Sequence record: SRR20825019_2886 | Reading direction: 5' to 3' (one strand) | Length of the DNA stretch: 33,307 nucleotides | Part shown: positions 1 through 8,696 of the stretch, piece after piece | Layout of the letters: each line of letters begins with the position of its first letter | Position numbering within the stretch: the first letter of the stretch is position 1 | Position numbers and translations under genes: made by a program | Notes under the pieces: model-generated | What the model was told of the DNA's origin: nothing | The model's database searches: none | The model's input: the letters and a program-made list of their open reading frames with translations, nothing else

Positions 1-24
1 TCCTTCTGGTGTGAGGGTTTTTTT
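1..24 (+). terminator. Probable 3' half of an intrinsic terminator cut by the window edge
   Basis: CC-TTCT-GG mini-loop, then GTGAGGG followed by a run of 7 T. The left arm would lie off-window. Confidence 0.35.
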
Positions 25-647
25 ATACCCAAGAAATCCACAGTTGAGTGACTTGTGAAAAGGTGTGCTTTTTCTACTGATATTATCCAAGAATTTGAAT
101 TCGTTGGCTTTGAGAAAAGTGAAAACTCTAAGCCCTTATGAGCTAATTTCTTCTTTGTATGAGATTAACTTCGTACTCCAAGACCCAAGTCTAAAGGTTA
201 AAACTGTGGATGAACAGGTTTAACTGATAATCATCCGGAATTGATCTCATAGGATGTGGTGGTTTTAGGCTATTTGATCTTAACCGGTGCCACGTTAATT
301 ATCAGTAAATTGACAATCGTTATTCTTTCGGAACACTTCCCAAACTTTGGTAATACTCGATCTCCCAGAACAACTAAAGGGAATCAGATTTACATTTCAT
401 AGATGGAACGTAGTTCTGTATTTCGAAAATTTGCGCAAATAAATGGACAAATAAAATAGACGAAACTAAGATTCCTGAAATAATTCAGCCATCTTCTTAG
501 CTATAATGATAGACTAAGAATAATTCTATTTGATTAGCCGTGAGGATATTCCGATTTTTTCAGTGTAGCAATACAACAGTCACTTAGTGGAGCGGTTGTA
601 TTTTTTACTATGAGCCGATGTAATAAAATTGGGAAGTCATAAGTGAC

Positions 648-676
648 ACATTTCAACAAAGAATTTGCTGAAATGT
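648..676. repeat. 13-bp imperfect inverted repeat (hairpin or operator)
   Basis: ACATTTCAACAAA-gaa-TTTGCTGAAATGT; fully paired with one G-U on the minus strand; ~150 nt past the GT2 stop; no U-tract. Confidence 0.4.
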
Positions 677-829
677 ATACTTTGGGATATTCATCATTGA
701 TGATAAATGGATCATTCTAAATTTTCCAAGAAAGAGAAAAGATTCGTGAACGACTTATTGTACTGGAAATAATTGAATAACTTTCAGTGTTACCCTTAGT
801 AATACTAACGATAAATGAAGTTCTAAACG

Positions 830-1558
830 TTATTTGGCGCGAAACAGGCCGTATTTAACGATACAGTATATTGCTCGAAAACCATCTTTCCAACCGATTT
901 TCTTGCCCTCTTCATACGTTCTTCCATAATAAGAGATCCCTACTTCGTAGATTCGTATGTTTTTTATTCTTGAAATTTTAGCGGTAATTTCTGGCTCAAA
1001 ACCGAATCGCTTTTCATTCATACGAATTCCTTGAATTGTTTTTGTATTGAATAGCTTATAACACGTTTCCATGTCCGTTAAATTCAAATTACTAAACATG
1101 TTTGAAAGACGCGTAAGAAACTTATTTCCAATAGTATGCCAAAAGAATAGCACACGGTGTGGATTTCCTCCCATGAATCTAGATCCGTAAACGACATCTG
1201 CAAATCCATCAACCACCGGTTTTAAAAGAGCGTTAAACTCTTCTGGATCGTACTCTAAATCGGCATCTTGAATGATCAAGAAATCTCCTGTTGCTCTGGC
1301 TATTCCAGTGTGCAGAGCTGCTCCTTTTCCTGCATTTTTTTCATGTTTGAAAAAGCTGATTTTCATTTCTGGATTTTCCGAACTGTACTTGTTAATTGCT
1401 CCCGATGTATTATCACTAGAACAATCATCGACAATAATTACTTCCTTTTCTATGTCATTAATTAGTTTGACATCACGAACCTTATTTAATATTAAGTGAA
1501 TCGTAGCTTCTTCGTTGTAAGCAGGAATAATAATTGATAATTTTTTACAATGACTCAT
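830..1558 (-). CDS. Glycosyltransferase family 2, DPM1/ArnC-like polyprenol-phosphate sugar transferase
   Basis: [60 protein letters not shown] and C-terminal [12 protein letters not shown] motifs. Confidence 0.92.
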   Translation of the reverse strand: MSHCKKLSIIIPAYNEEATIHLILNKVRDVKLINDIEKEVIIVDDCSSDNTSGAINKYSSENPEMKISFFKHEKNAGKGAALHTGIARATGDFLIIQDADLEYDPEEFNALLKPVVDGFADVVYGSRFMGGNPHRVLFFWHTIGNKFLTRLSNMFSNLNLTDMETCYKLFNTKTIQGIRMNEKRFGFEPEITAKISRIKNIRIYEVGISYYGRTYEEGKKIGWKDGFRAIYCIVKYGLFRAK

Positions 1559-1567
1559 AGGAGCTAA

Positions 1568-3475
1568 TTATTTTAATTTAATCTGTTGTATTCGTTTTCC
1601 ATTGGTGTCCAGTATAAATGCCTCTGGAAGCAGTTTATTATCAGCCCAGAAACTTTCAACGTTTGGTTTCCCAGTTTCTTTTATGATAAACTTACCTTCC
1701 ATTTTGCCTCCATTCCAGCTACCGATGTATGTTCTTTTATTCTTATCGATAAATGTTCCTGGGCCGCTTAACGTATCATTCTTCCAGATTCCGTCAACGG
1801 ACCTCCCATCCCGATAGTTATACTTTCCCTTTCCATTTCTGATGCCATTTTTATACTCACCAGAATATCCAAAGTTAGGATTATATTCAAAAAGCCAAAC
1901 ACCAGTTGGCGAAGGTAATACATTTCCGTCTTTATCCTTTCGTTCGACTACACCAAATGACTTCACCATTTTAAATTGCTGATCATCACTTCTTACTACT
2001 GGAAACAAGAATTTCCCAGTTTGGCTAAATCCAAGAGATTCAAATACAACATGTGTTACTTTATTTTTATCCAAACCTTTCAAAAATTCTTCTCGGTTTG
2101 GCGTATATGGGAAATTGCACGTGGAAGGTCCCCCAGCAACATAGAAAATACCTGGTTTTCGTGCTGCTATAACTGCGCCATCTAGATTTTCACCAGTCCA
2201 TTCGGCAAGTCTGATATAGTTTTTCCAATTGGCAGGATAATCAGCGTCTTTCTTAGCCATAAGTTTTTTAACTGCGTTGACTTGAGGAAATGCGAGCAAC
2301 AGAAAGCTTGCCGCGATGTATGGTGATGTTCTCATAGTTTCTCGCTTGGGAAATAGTTTAGTGAGAATAAAGTAAATTCCGAGTACTGAGAATAGAATAA
2401 TCAAAGGTACAATGGGAAGCATGAATCGAATTCCATACCAGACTTGCGGCCAAAGCATGAAAACGACGAAGTTACTTCCGAAAATGAGTAAAAAGAGCCA
2501 ACGATACCTTTTGAGACTCATCAAACCTATTAGTCCCAGAATAATTATAATTATTCCAAGTGCCCAGTGTTTGACTGGCGATGGAACCCATTCTCCTGTA
2601 GTTGAGTTCCTATATTCTACGGCAATATTGGGAAATATGCTATTCGGAATTTCTTTTGATATGTACCGCCAAGCATTTATTTTAACACGCTCACCCCAAT
2701 CGGATACTTTCATCGGTTCAGAAGCTGGGTCGTAAGTGTCTACTTTAACCATGCTCTTTAAATAAGAACTACCCCCGAGACTATTGCTCCTAATTTGCCA
2801 TGGAAGTAAAGCTAAGATAGTGATTACTAGAATTGCCAAACTACTGAGATATCTTTTCGAGAAGAGCAGGTACAAAACTGCGGCTCCTAACATTGTCACA
2901 CCAATTGAGCGAATGTAGATGGATAGAATTAGTGCTAGAAGGAAGAGAATGAAGAATACAGACTTTATTGAATAATAATTGTCAGCCCACCTCAAGAGTA
3001 GAAGAATAGATAACAGTTGAAAAAAGGCGAATGGAAGTTCAGACATCATTACTGAAGAGTATTCCAAGAAGTGTGAGTTCAGCATTATCAGTAGTCCAAG
3101 GAAGATACTAACGACTTGATATCCCGTTAATCGATACGTTATTCTATAAAATACGAATACAATTGCAAGAAGAAACAAACCGTTTAGAATTTTGAAAGCG
3201 GAAATACTTTCAATGCCTATCCTCATGAATAGACTCAGAATAAAGGGATATCCGGGAGGAAAATGATTCGCTGGGGTAGGAAATGGTTCGTTGTTGCTTA
3301 CGTATCCTTCTCCTGAACTAAGTCCGTCTGCAAGGATGTAATAATTACAATTATCGCCTCCTAGAAAGAGTTTTACGTCGAAAATGGAGGGGTAGATAAA
3401 AAGAAATGCGAGTAAAAAAATAAAAAAAGCAAACAGGCTCTTTTTTGAAGGGATGAAAGTGAATTTTGAGATCAT
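1568..3475 (-). CDS. GT-C fold (ArnT/PMT-like) polytopic membrane glycosyltransferase with C-terminal MORN repeats
   Basis: GD-x-x-YY after TM1, HFPPGYP, MSELPF, many hydrophobic helices, RFMLP; C-terminal YxGxWxNG-type repeats. Confidence 0.75.
   Translation of the reverse strand: MISKFTFIPSKKSLFAFFIFLLAFLFIYPSIFDVKLFLGGDNCNYYILADGLSSGEGYVSNNEPFPTPANHFPPGYPFILSLFMRIGIESISAFKILNGLFLLAIVFVFYRITYRLTGYQVVSIFLGLLIMLNSHFLEYSSVMMSELPFAFFQLLSILLLLRWADNYYSIKSVFFILFLLALILSIYIRSIGVTMLGAAVLYLLFSKRYLSSLAILVITILALLPWQIRSNSLGGSSYLKSMVKVDTYDPASEPMKVSDWGERVKINAWRYISKEIPNSIFPNIAVEYRNSTTGEWVPSPVKHWALGIIIIILGLIGLMSLKRYRWLFLLIFGSNFVVFMLWPQVWYGIRFMLPIVPLIILFSVLGIYFILTKLFPKRETMRTSPYIAASFLLLAFPQVNAVKKLMAKKDADYPANWKNYIRLAEWTGENLDGAVIAARKPGIFYVAGGPSTCNFPYTPNREEFLKGLDKNKVTHVVFESLGFSQTGKFLFPVVRSDDQQFKMVKSFGVVERKDKDGNVLPSPTGVWLFEYNPNFGYSGEYKNGIRNGKGKYNYRDGRSVDGIWKNDTLSGPGTFIDKNKRTYIGSWNGGKMEGKFIIKETGKPNVESFWADNKLLPEAFILDTNGKRIQQIKLK
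1634..1870 (-). repeat. 3-4 MORN repeats (protein level)
   Basis: YSGEYKNGIRNGKGKYNYRDGRS / VDGIWKNDTLSGPGTFIDKNKRT / YIGSWNGGKMEGKFIIKETGKPN / VESFWADNK; 23-aa period. Confidence 0.8.
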
Positions 3476-3605
3476 GGGCTGTGTATCTATCGAAATAGAT
3501 ACTAGACCTCCTAAAAACGCTGCATAAGCACAAAAAATAAACTGATTCTAGGTGAATCTGATCATCATTAATCGTAAAGAAAGAATAGATACGTGAGTTC
3601 AGATA

Positions 3606-4598
3606 TTAATCATTCAAATCCCATGAGTACGTCATATAACTCACTTTTGGACTGTCTAATTGCTCGGTACGGTACTTGTTAATGAAATCGATTACTGTTC
3701 CCGATTTTTTGAAATCTTCACCGTACCAATCAAAAATGCTCGAAATTTTAATGTTTTTCGCATCGCTGAAGTCATTTTTAGAAGTATCATTCAAGAATTT
3801 CTTCGTTTGCGTCGTCAACTGGCCATAAAGTTTAGATGGAGTATAAGCACGATTTAGAAGAATTGGACAAGATTCACTGGCACAATTGAGGGCAAAATGA
3901 ACGCGTGGTTCACTAAACTGCTTGCGAATAATACCATTCTCAATAGTGTTCAAATCGTAAGTCTTACCACCAAGCTGAATAAATTTCTTTTCCCAAGGTT
4001 TCGCTGTGATTTTTGTAATGGAAGAAACGGGATAATTGTCTACGATTAACTTTATGGTAAATAAATTGTAAGCATTAATCCAATAAGTTAACTTTTGGGT
4101 AGAACTCCATCCTGAACCTGGATAGTTGTCTTGAAACTCTTGTATGACAGAGTCTAGAGTTGCAGCATCCTTTTTAAACGAGTTGTAATTTACTTTACCA
4201 GAAGAAGAAACATTTGATTTAAGCATCTTGTCCCAACGCTCGTATTCATGAAAATCATATTTATCCTCTGGTTCTTCCATAATCGGAGGGGGAGGTGGGA
4301 TTCTTCCCTCGTCAAAAGGCATAAGACTCGATTTCACATCTTCGACGACTGGAATGTCCTCATCTCCTTTAGGAAGTTTACCTCTAGTCGTTTTTTTAGA
4401 GCTCTCAGTAGCACTCTCATTCGAAGAGATCACATTTTCCTGTACTTCAGTAACGGAAGAAGTTACTTCGGAAGTCTGATTTTCGCTTACAGGATTAACT
4501 GTCAAGTTTTCGGTAGCTTCCGACTTAGCTTCGGATTGACAAGATAATAGGGTCGTTCCGAATCCAAGTATCGTGAGAAAAAGAATTGTTTTTTTCAT
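3606..4598 (-). CDS. DUF547-domain lipoprotein
   Basis: Lipobox LLSC; S/E/T-rich linker with PPPPP; DUF547 hallmarks YWINAYN, LNTIEN, EPRVHFALNCASESCP, ISSIFDWYGEDF, YSWDLN. Confidence 0.85.
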   Translation of the reverse strand: MKKTILFLTILGFGTTLLSCQSEAKSEATENLTVNPVSENQTSEVTSSVTEVQENVISSNESATESSKKTTRGKLPKGDEDIPVVEDVKSSLMPFDEGRIPPPPPIMEEPEDKYDFHEYERWDKMLKSNVSSSGKVNYNSFKKDAATLDSVIQEFQDNYPGSGWSSTQKLTYWINAYNLFTIKLIVDNYPVSSITKITAKPWEKKFIQLGGKTYDLNTIENGIIRKQFSEPRVHFALNCASESCPILLNRAYTPSKLYGQLTTQTKKFLNDTSKNDFSDAKNIKISSIFDWYGEDFKKSGTVIDFINKYRTEQLDSPKVSYMTYSWDLND

Positions 4599-4637
4599 AG
4601 TATTTGAGACGATTGATCTTGTTGCAACTTACATAAA

Positions 4638-5189
4638 TTATTCCAATGACTTATAATTATTTATCCATGAAGTATCGCAAACATCATGCAAAAGAAGCCA
4701 AAAACTGGTGTCTAGAAAGAACTGACCGTCAATCTGACCAACGCCATATCTGTTATAGATATAAACTTCTTGACGCGAAGAAGGCTTATGCAGTTTGTTG
4801 CTCCAACCTCGCTCGGTATTCCCTCTGAATGGATAAGTGGCAAACCGAATTTTCCATAAGGAATCGAGCGGAACACAAGTTGTAAATTTTTCCAAAGTAC
4901 TAGAGTCCATATAGACCGAACAATCCAAGCTGTTTTCTTCGAATAAATTCTTCTTGCTTAAATTATAAGGACTCGGCCAAAAGCCAGATGCAATTTTAAT
5001 AAAGGTCTCCTTGTCCACAATGCGTTTGTTCGTTAAAACCCTTCCGTTATCAATGAAACATGCAAATGTGGTTAGCTCTGAATTGGCTCCAATGGAGATT
5101 TTTACTCCAAAAACACCTTTGCTTGATGGTTCGTAGTGTACAGATGAGAATAGCATCCAGCATAAAATAAGAAGCACGAGGTGTTTCAT
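4638..5189 (-). CDS. Hypothetical exported protein
   Basis: 183-aa ORF with N-terminal hydrophobic signal-like segment, co-oriented with neighbours; no family recognised. Confidence 0.7.
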   Translation of the reverse strand: MKHLVLLILCWMLFSSVHYEPSSKGVFGVKISIGANSELTTFACFIDNGRVLTNKRIVDKETFIKIASGFWPSPYNLSKKNLFEENSLDCSVYMDSSTLEKFTTCVPLDSLWKIRFATYPFRGNTERGWSNKLHKPSSRQEVYIYNRYGVGQIDGQFFLDTSFWLLLHDVCDTSWINNYKSLE

Positions 5190-5229
5190 GTGATTCTAAC
5201 TTACGAGAAAAATCGAAAAAAGATGCAGC

Positions 5230-5406
5230 TTACCTCTTCTTTTTGAATAAGATAGCGATAAGGAGAAGCGAAATGAGCAAAATGATCAAAGGAACCCACC
5301 AGTGATTTGAAAGAAAAAAGCTCACCAAAATCGCTGGAATCAGGAAGATTCCCAAAAGATGAAATTTTCCCTGATGATTTGAACTAGCCAAAACGATAAA
5401 TTCCAT
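5230..5406 (-). CDS. Putative small membrane protein (~58 aa)
   Basis: Probable start MEFIVLA (ATG at 5406); two hydrophobic segments and a basic KKKR tail; fills the gap between co-oriented genes. Confidence 0.45.
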   Translation of the reverse strand: MEFIVLASSNHQGKFHLLGIFLIPAILVSFFLSNHWWVPLIILLISLLLIAILFKKKR

Positions 5407-5953
5407 TTGGTGTAATACAGGCATCTAAACGAATATCTTGATACGAAACATCGGAGATTTCATCCACTAATTCGTCAAAATGGTGAAGACCAACGAAAAT
5501 ACAGCGGGGAGAACATTTTTTTAAGAAACGGTCGTAAAATCCTTTTCCGTAGCCAACTCGATTCCCATTTTTATCAATTGCCAATAATGGAACAAAAACA
5601 ATTTCGAAATGCTCTGCGGCAATCACTCTTCCTTTTTTAGGTTCAGGAATTCCATGTGATGAAATCTCTAATTGATCTTTAGACTCGAACAAAACCTGTT
5701 TCATTTCATTCGATTTAAAGTTCGCTTTAGGAACTGCAACTTGAGCATCAAAGGAAATCGCTTTTTCCCAAATTAAGTAGGTATTAATTTCTTTCTTACC
5801 TTCAATCGGTAAGAACAAGCTGATCTTTTTCCCTTCTAGTTGATACTTACTAAAGGTCAAATGGCAAACTGCCTCTGAAATTTCTTCCAACTCACGAGGC
5901 GATAAAGCGCGACGTTTGTCTGAATAATATTTTCTAAGTTCTTCCTTCGTCAT
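5384..5953 (-). CDS. 5-formyltetrahydrofolate cyclo-ligase
   Basis: MTKEELRK start, VAVPK, HGIPEP, VFVPLLAIDKNGNRVGYGKGFYDRFL, DIRLDACIT. Confidence 0.95.
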   Translation of the reverse strand: MTKEELRKYYSDKRRALSPRELEEISEAVCHLTFSKYQLEGKKISLFLPIEGKKEINTYLIWEKAISFDAQVAVPKANFKSNEMKQVLFESKDQLEISSHGIPEPKKGRVIAAEHFEIVFVPLLAIDKNGNRVGYGKGFYDRFLKKCSPRCIFVGLHHFDELVDEISDVSYQDIRLDACITPNGIYRFG

Positions 5954-5958
5954 TTGAA

Positions 5959-6258
5959 TTACATTCCAGGGAACAATGATTGTGCAGAAGACATCACTTC
6001 TTGCTCATTTATCTCATTAACTCGGTCAAGTGCACGAGTTAATGCAACACTCAAAAGATCTTCTAAATCTTCCTTGCTAATCACCGTCAAATCTGCATTA
6101 ATTTCGAGTGATTCTAACTTTCTATTGCCATTCAGTGAAACACGAACGAGCCCACCACCAGCATCTTCAACAATTTTTATATCGTCTAAACGAGATTTGC
6201 TTTCTTCAGCCTGTTTTTTCAGTACTTGAAGTTTATTTAGCATGTCGTTATTGAACAT
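5959..6258 (-). CDS. ybaB: YbaB/EbfC nucleoid-associated protein
   Basis: AGGGLVRVSLNG, EDLEDLLSVALTRA; 99 aa. Confidence 0.93.
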   Translation of the reverse strand: MFNNDMLNKLQVLKKQAEESKSRLDDIKIVEDAGGGLVRVSLNGNRKLESLEINADLTVISKEDLEDLLSVALTRALDRVNEINEQEVMSSAQSLFPGM

Positions 6259-6395
6259 AATGAAAACGATTTATGTAAAACATATTTTTGGTTCTTAAAG
6301 ATAATAAAATCGGTGGTTTTCAAGCATTCGTTGCATTTTTATGGAATAAGAAAAGAGATTTGTTTATCTTTCGAATAAATTATTACTCTTATACT

Positions 6396-7439
6396 TTGCA
6401 TAAATTTCTTTTTTTAACCTTTCTGATTTTTGGTGGATACTGGGTTGCTACAGCCTTTTATAGTGATCGTGGACAGGTCGATATGATCAGAAAAATGGAC
6501 ATGTCGGGACTTCCATTGTCGGAAGTGTTGAACCAATTGGGAGATAAACCTCTTGTGCATGAAATTTCAGTATTGGATCCTGCGAAAGCTCAAATGGGAT
6601 ACGAATTGATTTATCTAGGGCAAACCAATTATAAAGGGAAAAGCTCTAAACGAATTTCAAATCACTTCGTTTGTACCGATTGCCATACAACGAAACGCGA
6701 ATCAGCCGATATTTCAACAGATAATTCTGCCGCTCGGTTGATGTACGCAGAAACCAATGGGATGCCTTTTTTGCCTGGGTCGACGCTCTGGGGAATTTAT
6801 AACAGAACCTCATTCTACAATAAAGATTACGAAAAGAAGTACGGAAGTTTAGTTGTAGACGCGAGAGATACGTTGCAAAACGCTGTTCAGCTTTGTGCGA
6901 AGTACTGTTCTTCTGGAAGATATTTGGAAGATTGGGAAGAAGAAGCGATAATGCATTATTTCAAGCAAGAAGAATTAAAAATTTCAGATCTTGACTTATC
7001 CGCGTCGATTATGAAAGAAATTCGCTCAATGGATAAATTGTCGCCAGATGAAAAGACGGCGCTAATCAATAAAATAAAATCACGGTACTCTCAAAAGTAT
7101 GACGCAACATTTCTGGAAACAATGGACCGCAGCAAGCGACCTTATGGAGCTGGAGGAAATAGTGCAAATGGAGAGTTGATTTATGAAAAAGCGTGTATGT
7201 ATTGTCACGAAAACAAACGTGTGACATACCTTCATTTGGATAAAGGAAAACTCAACGCAAAAATGTTCTGGAAAAACATTAGAAAATACAACGAGTTGTC
7301 ATTGTATCAAATTGTTAGACACGGAACGTATTCAAAAACAGGTAGAAAGCAATATATGCCACTGTTTACCGAAGAAAAAATGAGTGATGAACAACTCAAC
7401 GACTTAGTCGCTTACATAAAGAATTTAGCAGGGAAATGA
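6396..7439 (+). CDS. Exported diheme c-type cytochrome, TsdA/SoxA-like
   Basis: CTDCH (6672-6686) and CMYCH (7194-7208); candidate distal ligands in CAKYC and YMP; C-terminal MSDEQLNDLVAYI helix. Likely start is TTG at 6396, giving signal MHKFLFLTFLIFGGYWVATA; the ORF track starts at 6288. Confidence 0.8.
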   Translation: MHKFLFLTFLIFGGYWVATAFYSDRGQVDMIRKMDMSGLPLSEVLNQLGDKPLVHEISVLDPAKAQMGYELIYLGQTNYKGKSSKRISNHFVCTDCHTTKRESADISTDNSAARLMYAETNGMPFLPGSTLWGIYNRTSFYNKDYEKKYGSLVVDARDTLQNAVQLCAKYCSSGRYLEDWEEEAIMHYFKQEELKISDLDLSASIMKEIRSMDKLSPDEKTALINKIKSRYSQKYDATFLETMDRSKRPYGAGGNSANGELIYEKACMYCHENKRVTYLHLDKGKLNAKMFWKNIRKYNELSLYQIVRHGTYSKTGRKQYMPLFTEEKMSDEQLNDLVAYIKNLAGK

Positions 7440-8302
7440 TGAGAAGAATTGTATTAACCGCAGTTTTAGCTTCTACAACAATGTTTTTAAATGCTCAAAC
7501 GGTGCAGGAAACATTTAATGGGACGCGCATCCTTAATGGACATTCAACTGAAACACTTAAAAGTCGTATTCTTCAATATAGAATTGAGCATAGATTCGGT
7601 GATTTGGCAGGATCTAAAGGAGGAATTCAACAGTTTTATGGCTTAGATCAAGCCGCTGATATTCGTTTTGCATTGGAATACGGGATTACAGATAAGTGGA
7701 TGGTAGGACTCGGACGTATTAAAGGGACGAGTGTTCCTTACCGTGCGTTGGTAGATGGATTCACTAAATACCGCGTTTTAAGTCAAACAGAAGACAATAA
7801 AATGCCGTTGAGTTTGACCGTATTGGGAGCTTCAACAGTTTCTTATGCCAAAGCGTTGGAAGATTTATCGCAAGTAGGAAGTTATCCTGATTTCGCGCAT
7901 CGATTGGCATATTCGGCTCAGTTGTTAGTTGCAAGAAAATTTGGAGAGCGTTTGTCGTTGCAACTAGCTCCAACGTACGTTCACAGAAACTATGTAGAAG
8001 CAATTGACGAGAACGGAGTTTTTGCCCTTGGAGGAGCTGCTCATTTTAAATTCACGAAGAAATTTGCTGTGATGGCTGAGTATTATCATGTGCTGAACCA
8101 AACGCAAGGAAGAATAGACATGAAGACAACCAACAGTTTAGGAGGAGGTGTTGAATGGGCTACGAATGGACACATTTTTAGAATTAGCTTAACTAATTCC
8201 GCGGGTTTCACTGAAACTCAATTCATCCCATTAACATTTTCCGATTGGTCAAAAGGTGAGTTTCGTCTTGGATTCAGTATAACGAGAAACTTCAAATTAT
8301 GA
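7436..8302 (+). CDS. DUF5777-like outer-membrane beta-barrel protein
   Basis: Signal peptide ending LNA|Q; TFNGTRILNGHSTE, IEHRFG, FYGLDQA, EYGITD, GHIF, C-terminal RLGFSITRNF; alternating beta-strand pattern; ATGA overlap with upstream gene. Confidence 0.75.
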   Translation: MMRRIVLTAVLASTTMFLNAQTVQETFNGTRILNGHSTETLKSRILQYRIEHRFGDLAGSKGGIQQFYGLDQAADIRFALEYGITDKWMVGLGRIKGTSVPYRALVDGFTKYRVLSQTEDNKMPLSLTVLGASTVSYAKALEDLSQVGSYPDFAHRLAYSAQLLVARKFGERLSLQLAPTYVHRNYVEAIDENGVFALGGAAHFKFTKKFAVMAEYYHVLNQTQGRIDMKTTNSLGGGVEWATNGHIFRISLTNSAGFTETQFIPLTFSDWSKGEFRLGFSITRNFKL

Positions 8303-8667
8303 TTAAATATCTTTTCATTTCAGCACTCATTATTCTAGCGATAGGAACAACGCTTTCGTGTAGAAAAGATAAAGTGCCAACAATAATTCCTGTTGTTGAA
8401 TGTTCGGACACCATAAGTTTTTCAGCTCAAATTGAACCTGTTATGGTTGCAAACTGCTCTGTGTCAGGGTGTCACGATGCGGGTACAGCTCAGAATGGAT
8501 ATAATTTAGTTGGTCATGCAAACATTTCTGCCAACGCTAACGTCATTCTTACCGTTATAAGACATGAAGGCGGACTTGCTCCTATGCCCTTTGGTGAACC
8601 AAAACTTGCGGATAGCTTAATCCAACAGTTCAAATGTTGGAAGGATCAAGGAACGCTAAACAATTAA
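8299..8667 (+). CDS. Small lipoprotein cytochrome c with CX4CH motif
   Basis: Lipobox TLSC; ISFSAQIEPVMVANCSVSGCH, downstream PMP and C-terminal WKDQG; ATGA overlap with upstream gene. Confidence 0.7.
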   Translation: MIKYLFISALIILAIGTTLSCRKDKVPTIIPVVECSDTISFSAQIEPVMVANCSVSGCHDAGTAQNGYNLVGHANISANANVILTVIRHEGGLAPMPFGEPKLADSLIQQFKCWKDQGTLNN

Positions 8668-8696
8668 AAAAATAGAAATTAAGTAGTAGAATCATT

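Noticed and set aside
1-30. TCCTTC at the window start as the 3' end of a tRNA T-arm
   Set aside because: No TTCGA loop or CCA is visible; a terminator half explains the sequence better.
65-223. ~52-codon GTG-started ORF (VLFLLILSKN...DEQV)
   Set aside because: Short, no recognisable motif or translation signal; cannot be supported.
5954-5958. 6S RNA upstream of the 5-formyl-THF cyclo-ligase, as in many Proteobacteria
   Set aside because: Only 5 nt separate it from ybaB.
6288-6395. N-terminal extension of the diheme cytochrome in the ORF track
   Set aside because: It occupies the divergent promoter region; TTG 6396 yields a proper signal peptide.
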